A stretch of DNA of 64,000 nucleotides from Bacteroidota bacterium (GCA_023442525.1 JAEZZA010000020.1:100776-164775), one strand, 5' to 3'; shown: positions 11,345 to 21,972, numbered from the stretch's first letter. Notes: a model not told the origin generated them from the letters alone. Made by a program: numbers and translations.

Positions 11345-12886
11345 CTAATTATCCCTTTGGACAAACTGAATATAATCGATCGCAAGACCATTGATGGTTA
11401 ATGTGCTTGGTCCCCTGTATTCGATCCGTATTTTAGCTTTTCCATATTCCTCGAGGTTATCGATCCAGAAATCAAATTTGTTATATCCCAATGCCTCCGG
11501 TGAATAACGTTTACCCGGAATAACGCTGTTAATGATACCACCGTTAAGCTGATAAACGCGATAGTCGAATGTTTTCACCAATTCATTATTGACATAAATA
11601 TCAAACACTCCGCCTACTCTCATTACTGTTCGAACTACAGCCAGATATCTTCGGGGGAAAAGGTTTTTGACATTAAATTCAACTGTGTACCGCCCGGTAT
11701 AACCCTGATCGAAGTAAACCCTGAAAATAGTATCATTATGGGCTGAGCCGACAAACTCCTTCCTGTAATCAAAAACCTTATCGGATACGTTGACAATACC
11801 CGGATTCCATGCATAAGCCTGGTTACCCAGTGTCTTGAGCCACCATTCAGCCTCATAGTAAACCGGGGCTTTATAAAGTGTGTCGGGCACTGTAAATTCG
11901 TAGTAATTATAAGCGTAACCATTACTGCAAATTGTTTTTTCACCCGGTTCATAATTGATCACCACGCTGTCGCCCAGAATATTTTTTAATTTAACCGTAT
12001 CTTTAACGGCCTTTTGCATAAACTCTTCCCGTTCCAGCATGTTTTCAAATACACCCCGCTTCAACAGGTAGGGTATTAAAACTTTGTATTGCCAATCCAG
12101 TGGTATATCATTGTGATCGGTATAACCGGCCTTCAATTTAGTGGCCATAATATCGAGAGCGGCATTATAATTCTCTTCCTGCGGGAAAACAACCGTTGCG
12201 GTTGCATTACGAAATTCTTTGGAAACCGGGAAGTACTCTACCTCGAACATATTGATAATTTCGGCAACGGTATCGTATATAGTATTTCCGTTCTCATCAA
12301 ATCCGATAGGTGTGCTCAAACGTTTATCCAGAATTACAGAGTCCTTACTGTCAATGTATCTTTTTAGCAGAGGATTTGTAAGCGTGATATATTCGTAAAG
12401 ATTCGGTTTGGGCATTGCAACTTTGCCCATCCTGAAGTACTTTCCATTCTTATATAAAGGGCTTTCGAATTCCAGGGGGATCTCATCATAAAATTTGTCT
12501 CCGCTCTGATGATTGAATAACCCGTATTTTTCCATGAAAGTCTGTACTTTTCTCTTACCAGTAACGGCAGTGGATTGTATGAAAAATTTCGAAACGTGAT
12601 AAGCCAGCACGCCGGTATTTACTGTATCGGTTTGTAAAAATTCAGCGAAAGCTTCGTTAGTAGGAGCAAAAATTGTATATGTATTGTTACCTGTAAATAA
12701 GGTATCATAACGGTTTTCTTTCAGGTACGTCACAAACGAGGATACGGAAGCATCCTGCTGAATGGCATCCCAGACACTCATGTTCCCTGTCACAGGGTAG
12801 CTGTTGTAATGTTCATCCCAGTCCTTTTTACAGGATGACAAGACGGATAAAACAGCTAAGGCAAGAATATATATTCTACAATTCAT
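11345..12886 (-). CDS. Fasciclin (FAS1) domain lipoprotein with a C-terminal beta-sandwich
   Basis: Lipobox LSVLSSC. FAS1 H1-like motif YTIFAPTNEAFAEF. The C-terminus ends ...INGLAIDYIQFV. Confidence 0.75.
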   Translation of the reverse strand: MNCRIYILALAVLSVLSSCKKDWDEHYNSYPVTGNMSVWDAIQQDASVSSFVTYLKENRYDTLFTGNNTYTIFAPTNEAFAEFLQTDTVNTGVLAYHVSKFFIQSTAVTGKRKVQTFMEKYGLFNHQSGDKFYDEIPLEFESPLYKNGKYFRMGKVAMPKPNLYEYITLTNPLLKRYIDSKDSVILDKRLSTPIGFDENGNTIYDTVAEIINMFEVEYFPVSKEFRNATATVVFPQEENYNAALDIMATKLKAGYTDHNDIPLDWQYKVLIPYLLKRGVFENMLEREEFMQKAVKDTVKLKNILGDSVVINYEPGEKTICSNGYAYNYYEFTVPDTLYKAPVYYEAEWWLKTLGNQAYAWNPGIVNVSDKVFDYRKEFVGSAHNDTIFRVYFDQGYTGRYTVEFNVKNLFPRRYLAVVRTVMRVGGVFDIYVNNELVKTFDYRVYQLNGGIINSVIPGKRYSPEALGYNKFDFWIDNLEEYGKAKIRIEYRGPSTLTINGLAIDYIQFVQRDN

Positions 12887-12895
12887 ATCTTCTGT

Positions 12896-14482
12896 TTATT
12901 TTGGTTCGAAACGAATATAATCACCGCTGAAGGTACCTGGAATAAGCGTTTTAATGGTAATAGTATGCTCTGAATACTTTATGAAATTAATAGTACCTAC
13001 TTCTTTATTTCCAAATGGATTATCTCTTGAGGCCTGTACATCGGGATCGCTTGACAAATCGATAGTTCCTCCTACTTTCTTTCCGTCAATGAATATTTCT
13101 ATAACGGCATTCTCTTTTTCAGGGCTGTAGAAATCGGCTCCCAAAAACACAGTATAAGTACCCTGTACAATTTTCGGTATGCGGAATGAGAAGGTAAAAT
13201 CTCCTTCAAGCTGAATGCAGTCGTTACTCCATAGATTCAGGTTTTCCTCTTCGGAATACAATACATAGGTAAGTTCGCTTCCACTGTATGATATTGAATT
13301 CAAAAGTGTTGAATCTTCAACAAGGTAACTACCTGTAAGCAATTGATACTCTTCAAACAAGGGCCTGTCGAAAAACTCGTATGTTTGTATGGCACGCGAC
13401 GGTTGCTGTTGCCTTAATATCCTGTTGATAAAATGAATAACCCCGCTTTGTGTGATAACATTACTCGCATCGTAGTTTAAACCAACATAATTAATAAAAA
13501 TTGTATCCCCAACACCTCTAACGATAGTATCAAAGATCTCCTTACCCTTGTTGATCACAATATCGATACCCCTGCCGTCAACATGAAGCGGAATATCGGA
13601 ATAGGTAGAGTAGTTGGTTGAGACATTCTGAAAATCATCCATGAACATCCTTTCCGACAGAACATGATAAGCCACATAATTATACAAAGGATTCAGCGGA
13701 TTATCATAATCGGTACGTGACGGGCTGATGAGTTTGGCAAGTTGATTAAAAGAGTATATGCCCCTCTTTGCATAAATGGAATCATGTTCTACAAACAGTG
13801 TAAATGGGAGGGTATTCTCATCAACTTTTGGATTTATATTAAAAAGTGCGTCAAGTCCTGTAGTATCTACAGCCTGAATAAACAGGGTAAATCCCCCGTT
13901 CGACTTAAGCCATTGATAGGCAGTATTTGTAACCGGAGAAAGAGCTCTGTTGACGATGTGAATAAAGCCATTCGAAAGCTCTATGTTTGTTTGGATTACC
14001 GGAGCCTGGTTATTTATTTTATAATAAGCCGTATCGGGCTGGATGATGAAACTTACAGCCAGAAAATCCTCCGTGAGTGTATATTCAGAGAAAGCTCCGA
14101 AAGGAAAATCATTTGAATTAATGGCTTCGTTTACCACATGATACCTTGACAGGTACCAGATATATTCCTCATCATTCAATAATTCCTGAAGTGAACCATA
14201 ATTGCTTTTCATGATAAAGCTGTCTATAGCCTCATTGGTGGGAAGGAAAAGAGTATACCCGTCACCGTTGGGATTATAGGCACTTAACGTTTTGTCAAGA
14301 CCCGAACGTTCAAGGATAGAAATAAAACTAGAGAATTGATCCTTATGCTCTGTGATATAATCATAGATGGTTTGTTTCTCAACCTCTTCAAACTCGATGG
14401 GCAGGGTCTCAGGATCGCACGATGCAGCCATTGATATACATACACCGGCGACAATAATCAGAAAATATAAGATCTGCTTCAT
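12896..14482 (-). CDS. Fasciclin (FAS1 x2) domain lipoprotein with a C-terminal beta-sandwich
   Basis: Lipobox SMAASC. FAS1 motifs YTLFLPTNEAIDSF and NGFIHIVNRAL, then a second module FTLFVEHDS and SGVIHFINRIL. The C-terminus ends ...FSGDYIRFEP. Confidence 0.8.
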   Translation of the reverse strand: MKQILYFLIIVAGVCISMAASCDPETLPIEFEEVEKQTIYDYITEHKDQFSSFISILERSGLDKTLSAYNPNGDGYTLFLPTNEAIDSFIMKSNYGSLQELLNDEEYIWYLSRYHVVNEAINSNDFPFGAFSEYTLTEDFLAVSFIIQPDTAYYKINNQAPVIQTNIELSNGFIHIVNRALSPVTNTAYQWLKSNGGFTLFIQAVDTTGLDALFNINPKVDENTLPFTLFVEHDSIYAKRGIYSFNQLAKLISPSRTDYDNPLNPLYNYVAYHVLSERMFMDDFQNVSTNYSTYSDIPLHVDGRGIDIVINKGKEIFDTIVRGVGDTIFINYVGLNYDASNVITQSGVIHFINRILRQQQPSRAIQTYEFFDRPLFEEYQLLTGSYLVEDSTLLNSISYSGSELTYVLYSEEENLNLWSNDCIQLEGDFTFSFRIPKIVQGTYTVFLGADFYSPEKENAVIEIFIDGKKVGGTIDLSSDPDVQASRDNPFGNKEVGTINFIKYSEHTITIKTLIPGTFSGDYIRFEPK

Positions 14483-14485
14483 TTC

Positions 14486-15958
14486 TTAAAAGTTATAATA
14501 TGGATTCTGCACCAGGTTCTTGTTACGTTCCAATTCAGTTTTATATATAGGCAGGTACCAACTGAGAGGATTGGTCAGTTTGGTCTGTAAGATCCTCTTT
14601 TGTGTGGACGGGACGTTTCGTACCATTATTTCAATTAATTGGCTTTTGCGGGCATAATTATTCCGGCGACCCATTCTCATAAGGTCAAACCATCTTTTCC
14701 CTTCAAAGGCTAATTCTCTGGACCGTTCATCCAATATCGCATCCTCATAGGCTATAGGGGAGTTCGGTAAATCGAGTACCCTGCTGATGCCGGCTCTGGT
14801 TCGGATTCTAGCCAGAATTTCAGCGGCTTCAGGAAAACGTCCGATCTGTGATAATGCTTCAGCCTTCATCAGAAGGACATCGGCATACCTGTATACAATC
14901 CAGTTGGCACTGTTCTGAACGCTTCCCGGTCTGAACTGGAATCCGTCACCTTTAAAGCCAACGTATTTCCAAATAATATAATTCCCTTCGGAGTATTTCT
15001 TAATTGATTTTCCAATACCGCGAACAAGTTCCGGGGTTATTTTACTGTCGAAGATTTCAACTGCATAATCACTGGGATCTATATTGTGCGAGTTTTCGTT
15101 GGTTAAACCATAAAGACCGTTCCGCTGGCTCAATGCATCTTCAAACTGAAATTCAAAAATACCTTCATGTGTATTACCCTCAGAGAACAGGGTAAACCAA
15201 TCTTTTGGTTCCAGCAATATATATTTCCTGGAATTTTCAATATTCTGCACATATTCAATACATGTTTCGTAATCGAACATCCAGAGCGCAATATCAGCAA
15301 TCAGGGCGTCAATGGCAGCTTTGGTTGCCCGGCCTACGTTCTCATCCGGAGTAAGATAACCATCAACAGTTGCCCAGTTTCGGGCTCTGATCAGGTCATT
15401 TTTAATATTCTCCAGAATTTCATCCCCATTGGTCTTGGCCGGGTAAACATTGGTTCCGTCGGTAAGTGTAGGTTCGGTAACATAAGGAACGTCCTTAAAA
15501 ATGCGCACCAGGTAAAAATAACTCAGACTTCTCAGAAAATAGGCTTCGGACAGGTAACCATAAAGAATATAGTCAGTGAAGGTATTATCCTTCTGCTGCA
15601 CTTTTGGTGCGTAAGTAATAACCTCATTGCAGTAATTGATTACCTTATAAAAATTATTCCAGTTGCACATGTAATTATCGGGATAAATGCTCCCTTCCAT
15701 TATGCTTCGTTCCTCACCGGACTGATTATAATCACTCTTGAGTAAATCACCCCTCAGTTCTCCGTATTTGAACAATTGATCATCCATCGAAGCAAATGTG
15801 GCATACGTCCCCATGATCACGGCCTGAACATCCTCTTTTGTTTTCCAAAACTCCTCGCGGATCAATCCTTCACGCGGAGGTAATTCCAACCAATCGCCGC
15901 ATGAGAATTGGCTGGAAAGCAACACTATGGCCAGCAAAAGTTTAGTATATATTTTCAT
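14486..15958 (-). CDS. SusD/RagB-family outer-membrane lipoprotein (pair 1)
   Basis: Lipobox LSSQFSC. SusD signature ERSRELAFEGKRWFDLMRMGR. Located directly downstream of SusC. Confidence 0.9.
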   Translation of the reverse strand: MKIYTKLLLAIVLLSSQFSCGDWLELPPREGLIREEFWKTKEDVQAVIMGTYATFASMDDQLFKYGELRGDLLKSDYNQSGEERSIMEGSIYPDNYMCNWNNFYKVINYCNEVITYAPKVQQKDNTFTDYILYGYLSEAYFLRSLSYFYLVRIFKDVPYVTEPTLTDGTNVYPAKTNGDEILENIKNDLIRARNWATVDGYLTPDENVGRATKAAIDALIADIALWMFDYETCIEYVQNIENSRKYILLEPKDWFTLFSEGNTHEGIFEFQFEDALSQRNGLYGLTNENSHNIDPSDYAVEIFDSKITPELVRGIGKSIKKYSEGNYIIWKYVGFKGDGFQFRPGSVQNSANWIVYRYADVLLMKAEALSQIGRFPEAAEILARIRTRAGISRVLDLPNSPIAYEDAILDERSRELAFEGKRWFDLMRMGRRNNYARKSQLIEIMVRNVPSTQKRILQTKLTNPLSWYLPIYKTELERNKNLVQNPYYNF

Positions 15959-15975
15959 AAAAGATGATTTACATA

Positions 15976-18900
15976 TTAAAATCCAATAGATAAAGCCACG
16001 GTATAAATTCTGGGAGGAGGAGTATTGGCCTCATCCACGCCAATCCAGAAAGGATCCTTGGCATTTTGTCCAATTTCCGGATCCTGCCCTGTATAACGGG
16101 TCAAAGTAAAGAGCTTTCTGGAACTGAACGTAATTCCAAGAGTCCTTAAATTCAACTTCTGGCAGAATTCCTGTTTAAACCTGTATCCTATCATCATATT
16201 GAGCAATCTAAGATAATCGCCTTTCTCAACATAGCGGTCCGATCCAAGGTTGTTTGCCGGATGATCCATATAGGCACGTGGCAGCAGATCCGGCTGATTT
16301 TGTCCGTCAATCCTCCAGCGACGTAAAACGGCTTTACTCTGATTGTTTTTATTGTTCATACCCTGGGTTTGCATAGCGACTTTATTAATTATATCGAACC
16401 CGGTACGATAATGAAATCCTATATTGAATTCTATTTGTTTATATTTCACTGATGATCCGAAACCTCCGATAAAATCAGGGTTTGAATCACCTATATATAC
16501 CACGTCGTTCAGATCAATTCTTCCGTCATGGTTGATGTCTTCGTATTTGGCGTCGCCTCCCTTGAAAGTATAAGTACCGTATGACATCGGAACAGGATCG
16601 CCGTCATAATCCAGTATCAGTCCACCACTTGCATCACGGGCGTATGCATCGGCATCTGTGGCATAAACTCCCTTATACCTGAAACCAAAGAATGAACCTA
16701 TAGGCTGACCCTCCTGTAAACTCAGGGGGTACTCTTCATTACGGATTGAAGTGGATCTCTCACGGTTAAAATTATCCGGGAATTCACGGAATGAGTTGAC
16801 ATTATGAGAAGTATTGAAGTTTATCGATACCCTGAAGTTATTTTTGCGTATCACCCTCACATCGAACATCAACTCCCAACCGTCATTCACCATTTCTCCT
16901 GCATTCAGATAGCCAAGTTCCTCAAATCCTGAACTGGTGGGTATTTTGTAGTTTTGAAAAAGAATATTGGTAGTTACCTTGTGGTACATATCACCTTCCA
17001 TATACACTCTGTCGTTGAATAAACTCAATTCCATCCCGATATTCGACTGCGTTATGGATTCCCATTGAAGGTTATCAAGCTGTATTTGTGAATTGACGAT
17101 TCCTGGATCGTACAGATAGTCAGTTACCGAGGATTCGTAGCGTGCAAATCGTGCATACTGGTTGGTCGGCTGTCTTCCAGATACTCCCCACGATGCTCGT
17201 ATCATGCTTTCCCCAAGCCAATTCAGGTTACGTAGTATCGGTTCATTCGAAAACCTCCAGCCTAATGAAATTCCTTTAAATAATCCCCAGCGGTGTTCGG
17301 AACCAAAAGATGAGAATGCATCGGCGCGCATATTACCCTGTATCATATAACGATCTTTGTACTTGTAGTTCAGGTTAATCAAACCACCCATACCCCGCGA
17401 CTCCCACGATCCATCGCCGATCCAGTTTATCTGAGGATCTACTGCCGGATCAGTAATATCAATTGTCGGGAGCTTGTTACCCTGAAGATTCATCCATTCA
17501 CCTGATGCCTGATTGGTAATCCAGGTTATGGCACCTGTTATCACATGATCACTGGAATCCGGAAAGGGCACGTTAAATGCAAGCTGTGATTCCGTATTAA
17601 TGTAGGTCTCCATTGAATTACTTTCTTCCGCCTTGTTCACAGTCCATGCGAGCCAGTCGGTACCCAGTGCATTATAGGGCAAATAATTGAGAAATTTCTT
17701 TCCTATAACCTGAAATGACAAAGTTTCCCGGAATTTGATCCAGTTGTTTATGCCATAACTAAGAGTGAAATTATTCTGAAGGTAATTCTCCTTCCAGTCG
17801 TTCTTTCCCAGGTTGGCCACAGCTACCGGGTTGAAATAAGTACCACCGCCACCCTGATAGCTGTTAATAGGGGTAAAATATTCACCGGTTCGCCGGCCAT
17901 AAGCATCATATTCCCAGATGCTCATATTCGGAGCCTTTATATAGGCCATTTCACGTACGTTTCTTTCGTCAAGTTCCGCGTTACCATCAATATTTTTATT
18001 TGCATAACTAAACATTACCGAAAACAAGGTTTTCTTCGAAAGCTCGTAGTCGAGGTTCACACGGGTTGAAAAGTCTTTTGCACCGGTATTTATAGTTGTT
18101 CCTGTCTCATCAATATAGCTGAAAGAAGTAAAGTATCTCGTCTTTTCACCACCACCCGAAATATTGAAATAATGATCGTGTGTGCGGCCCGTTTGGGTAA
18201 GTGCACCCAGCCAGTCAGTATTTGCCGAATAATTGTAAAAACCGGCGTAATCCTTATCATAGGCTATCTCTGAAGGAATATCGAAAATACCTCTGCTATT
18301 GTGCCACTCTTCGAGCTGTAACATGATGTATTCATCACCGCTAAGCATTGGGATGGCTTTTGGCTGAAAATTGAGACTTCCCTTATATGTATAGTCAAAC
18401 TGTACTTTCCCCAATCTGCCTTTATAGGTTTCTATAAGAAGAACTCCGTCGGCACCTCTCGATCCGTACAGTGCTGTTGAGGCAGCATCTTTCAGGACTT
18501 CAATTGATTTAATATCCTGCAATGCAATGTTTAACTCATTACTCAGATCTTCCTGGTCGGCTGAGGCAAGATCAAAATCCTGCCTCATTTTATATTGAGG
18601 TATCCCGTCGATAACAACCAGTGGACTGTTGTTACCCATTGAACTTAGTCCGCGGATAACGATCTGAGAACCTGAACCCGGATCTCCTGATGCTGATATG
18701 ATATCCAGACCGGCTACTCTTCCCTGCAGGGCATCGGTAGCCGACAGGGCGCCCGATTCACGCATCTCGGCCATATCAATTTTTGTACTGGCCGAAGCCA
18801 CATCACGGTCGTCAATATTCATCAAGCTCAATTCCTGACGCTTACGTGCCGTTACAACAACCTCAGCTACCTGATTGACTTTCGGGTCAAGCTCAATAGT

Positions 18901-19194
18901 GAGATTAGTGGCAGCAACTGTTGGAATGGTTTTAGTATTGTAACCGATCATAACCACCCTTATTACGTTTTGCGGGTTGGAAACAGTAAATACAAAGTCA
19001 CCGTTAACGTCGCAAACGGTACCGTTTACGACACGGTTGTCCTTATCGTACTCAATAATATTTGCACCTATAACTGAAACGCGCTCGACTTTATCCAACA
19101 CTCGACCACGAATTACGATGTCGTTCTGTGCTTGTACAATGGAAAAACTGCAAAGCCACATTACGAGTAGCAGTCCACAGCAGATTTGTTTCAT
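15976..19194 (-). CDS. SusC-type TonB-dependent outer-membrane transporter (pair 1)
   Basis: 1072 aa. Signal peptide, carboxypeptidase-regulatory-like N-domain (IRGRVLDKVERVSVIGANI), plug (VVIDGIP), terminal ALSIGF. Confidence 0.9.
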   Translation of the reverse strand: MKQICCGLLLVMWLCSFSIVQAQNDIVIRGRVLDKVERVSVIGANIIEYDKDNRVVNGTVCDVNGDFVFTVSNPQNVIRVVMIGYNTKTIPTVAATNLTIELDPKVNQVAEVVVTARKRQELSLMNIDDRDVASASTKIDMAEMRESGALSATDALQGRVAGLDIISASGDPGSGSQIVIRGLSSMGNNSPLVVIDGIPQYKMRQDFDLASADQEDLSNELNIALQDIKSIEVLKDAASTALYGSRGADGVLLIETYKGRLGKVQFDYTYKGSLNFQPKAIPMLSGDEYIMLQLEEWHNSRGIFDIPSEIAYDKDYAGFYNYSANTDWLGALTQTGRTHDHYFNISGGGEKTRYFTSFSYIDETGTTINTGAKDFSTRVNLDYELSKKTLFSVMFSYANKNIDGNAELDERNVREMAYIKAPNMSIWEYDAYGRRTGEYFTPINSYQGGGGTYFNPVAVANLGKNDWKENYLQNNFTLSYGINNWIKFRETLSFQVIGKKFLNYLPYNALGTDWLAWTVNKAEESNSMETYINTESQLAFNVPFPDSSDHVITGAITWITNQASGEWMNLQGNKLPTIDITDPAVDPQINWIGDGSWESRGMGGLINLNYKYKDRYMIQGNMRADAFSSFGSEHRWGLFKGISLGWRFSNEPILRNLNWLGESMIRASWGVSGRQPTNQYARFARYESSVTDYLYDPGIVNSQIQLDNLQWESITQSNIGMELSLFNDRVYMEGDMYHKVTTNILFQNYKIPTSSGFEELGYLNAGEMVNDGWELMFDVRVIRKNNFRVSINFNTSHNVNSFREFPDNFNRERSTSIRNEEYPLSLQEGQPIGSFFGFRYKGVYATDADAYARDASGGLILDYDGDPVPMSYGTYTFKGGDAKYEDINHDGRIDLNDVVYIGDSNPDFIGGFGSSVKYKQIEFNIGFHYRTGFDIINKVAMQTQGMNNKNNQSKAVLRRWRIDGQNQPDLLPRAYMDHPANNLGSDRYVEKGDYLRLLNMMIGYRFKQEFCQKLNLRTLGITFSSRKLFTLTRYTGQDPEIGQNAKDPFWIGVDEANTPPPRIYTVALSIGF

Positions 19195-19239
19195 ATCGGG
19201 AAATAAGCTTAATTACAGTTTAAAACAATAAATCATTGA

Positions 19240-21594
19240 TTATTCAGTATCAAGTGCACTATAGATCAGTACATCATTAATCTCATGAAGAACTCCGTTG
19301 GTAACCAGAGTGGGAAAGGTCGTTGCCGCTGTAGGATTAATAATCCTGGCAGCCATTTTATTAGTAGCTGCGGATTCATTAACCGATAAATAAGTAGTGC
19401 CGTCGCTCCCCCTGAAATGTATTGCATCAGGTGTGGGAGTAATATATACTTTAGTATAAATCCGGCTGTATTGAGTTGATTTTTCATCAATTCGTGCCGT
19501 TTCATAATAGCCGGCCGGCATTCGTCCGTCGGTAAATATTAAAGCACCCTGTACGAAATGCATCATACAGAACTTCCTGAGCTGGTCGGTTGAATATCCA
19601 CTAAGGTCAACCGATGCAAGAGCAGCTTCTGAAGGAACAAAGACTGTGTAATTTTCGTCGGGCGACATGAAAGTATACGTGAATGTACTTGTATTAGCCA
19701 GTCCTGCTGAAACTAACAGGCTATGAAACGCGGGATAAGTTGATGAAATGATATTATAAATAGTTGCTGATGTGAATTTAAACCAGTTTGAAATATCATA
19801 GGTTTTGCCGTTATAAGCATTCGTCCCAGCAATCTCCTGGGGCTTAACTACAACAGTCGGGCCCACGAACCCAAAGGTGGTAGGACCACTACCCCGGAAT
19901 TCGCCGGTTTCGTTGTTTACTATAATGTAATTTCCGGCCAGATTACGGATAAATTCTTTTCTGGCATTTCCCCTGGGCAGATCAAGGGCGATATGGTTAA
20001 GAATAAGATTCCTGATGTCGGTAATAGTGGTAGGCTGACGCATATTCACTCTTCCGGAGGTATTGTATACAGAAAAATCTTCCCGGAAACTGTCATAAAT
20101 CAGCGATGAATCGATTGCCAGATTAGCGTCGTTTTCAACGAAAAGCATATAGGTGGCTTCGGGGCGTTTTAACGCAGAAAGCAATCCCGTGTGTCGAATG
20201 GCATTCATTGCCCTTGAATATCCCCGGCGCAGGTATACCGGACCGGTAACACTTGTGAAAGCATTGGGAACAAGCATCTTATTCACACCTATGAATGTAC
20301 AGTTGCTTGCGTATTTCTTTTCAACGATGGTTGACTGGTCAATTTCCATACGGTCGCTTTCACCATTCAGGAAACCCCGCTCAAAGTTACTTGGATATAA
20401 TGGTCCGCTGGCCATCTGAGTATTGATTATCATTTCCCTTATATGAGCAGGTGCCTGCTGTATCGATCCCCAGCGACCCGGTCCTACAAAGTACTCATTA
20501 ATGAACTCATCCATTGCTGCATCCGTTGGGGCAACCAGTCCGTGATGGTAACGTATGGTTACGTTCGAGGGTAAGCCAGTTACGCCTTTGGGAGCAAGCG
20601 TTCTTTCATTTACAATGGAAAAAGTGAGATCTGGATAAGAAATATCAAACAATGAATCTACTGCAAGTCCGAGATCGGCACCAGGCTGATCGTAAGTCTT
20701 GTCTTCATTATAAACCACTTCCGGGAATGTATTTACCAGGTCAAGAAATTTCTTGTAAGAATTGGGAGAATTGCTCAGAATCTGGTAGGCATTCTGAAGA
20801 GGTTCCACAACGCGGTCAACAATATGTACAAAACCGTTCTCCGAAAATATGTCAGCCTGAACTACTTTGGCATTGACAAAAAACAGATCTTTCTTCTCGA
20901 ATGGGCGCTCAAAATAGAATGAAAAATCTTCAGATTTAAGCTTGTAAATGTCAAAATATTCCTGGTAGAAGATTGGCGCAAACTTTCTGGAATCAGTAGC
21001 CTGAAGCCTGTGCCAGTTCGACTGTAAGGTATCCAGAATGACGTATTTTCTGCCTTCTTTTGGATCTGAAGCGTCGAGACGTACATTAATACCATACTTG
21101 GTATTCTTTTCACGTAAAAGGGTTTCCCTTTTATAGCCCTTTGGCTCATCATTATTTAAATCGAGGGAATCAATCCATCCATAGACATCGAGCTGCCTTA
21201 ATTGCTCCGCACTCCAGGGATTCTGTACAATGTGGAACTTTACAATCCGGCTGAGTTCTCCCAGTGGAATATCCTCAACTGATTTGTACTGTGGATGTTC
21301 CTGGAAATACAACTCAAATGCCTGATTGTTGGGTGCGAAAACAGTGTAACTACCTGAAACATTGATAACGCTGTCGTAACCGACAAGTGATATACATTTC
21401 GCGAATTCCGAAAGCTCAGGATTGGCCTTAATCTGAGTAAAAAGTTTCCCCGCAAGCCATGAAGGTCGCTCATAAATATCTTCCTTTTTACATCTGATTG
21501 CTGATAATGTAATTAATACCAACAAAAAAGGGAGTAATGCTTTCTTCATAATTACAGTATTGTTGAAAAGTTTAAAATTATATTTTTTTTTCAA
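19240..21594 (-). CDS. Multi-FAS1 (fasciclin) domain lipoprotein, first gene of the minus-strand PUL arm
   Basis: FAS1 motifs YTVFAPNNQAFELYF with NGFVHIVDRVVEPL, and YTVFVPSEAALASV with NGVLHEINDVLIY. The start is more likely the ATG at 21549 (MKKALLPFLLVLITLSAIRC lipobox). Confidence 0.8.
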   Translation of the reverse strand: MKKKYNFKLFNNTVIMKKALLPFLLVLITLSAIRCKKEDIYERPSWLAGKLFTQIKANPELSEFAKCISLVGYDSVINVSGSYTVFAPNNQAFELYFQEHPQYKSVEDIPLGELSRIVKFHIVQNPWSAEQLRQLDVYGWIDSLDLNNDEPKGYKRETLLREKNTKYGINVRLDASDPKEGRKYVILDTLQSNWHRLQATDSRKFAPIFYQEYFDIYKLKSEDFSFYFERPFEKKDLFFVNAKVVQADIFSENGFVHIVDRVVEPLQNAYQILSNSPNSYKKFLDLVNTFPEVVYNEDKTYDQPGADLGLAVDSLFDISYPDLTFSIVNERTLAPKGVTGLPSNVTIRYHHGLVAPTDAAMDEFINEYFVGPGRWGSIQQAPAHIREMIINTQMASGPLYPSNFERGFLNGESDRMEIDQSTIVEKKYASNCTFIGVNKMLVPNAFTSVTGPVYLRRGYSRAMNAIRHTGLLSALKRPEATYMLFVENDANLAIDSSLIYDSFREDFSVYNTSGRVNMRQPTTITDIRNLILNHIALDLPRGNARKEFIRNLAGNYIIVNNETGEFRGSGPTTFGFVGPTVVVKPQEIAGTNAYNGKTYDISNWFKFTSATIYNIISSTYPAFHSLLVSAGLANTSTFTYTFMSPDENYTVFVPSEAALASVDLSGYSTDQLRKFCMMHFVQGALIFTDGRMPAGYYETARIDEKSTQYSRIYTKVYITPTPDAIHFRGSDGTTYLSVNESAATNKMAARIINPTAATTFPTLVTNGVLHEINDVLIYSALDTE

Positions 21595-21972
21595 TTGTGA
21601 TACTTTTTGGTAAAATTTTTAACAATCACGAATCCTCAATAATTACTGCAAATAAATAGAGTCCAAAACATGAGAGACTTAGCGTATTTTTTACGATAAG
21701 TTTCCGTTTTTTTTATTCTTTAAAAAAACAAAGTATTGGTATTTTCAATAATATTTTTATTATTTTTAACTGGGTATTTAGCGTCTCTGATAATAAACGC
21801 TATAATTACTATAATATATAGGTATCAATTTCAATCCGACTAAGCTTGAATTCAGACAGGACTAGTACTAACTTAAAACCTATTAACCGTCAACATTAAA
21901 TCAACAGGCTAATAATTAACCTTTTAGTAACTGAATAACAAATTAATTTTTCTAACTAAAAAACCTAGCTTT

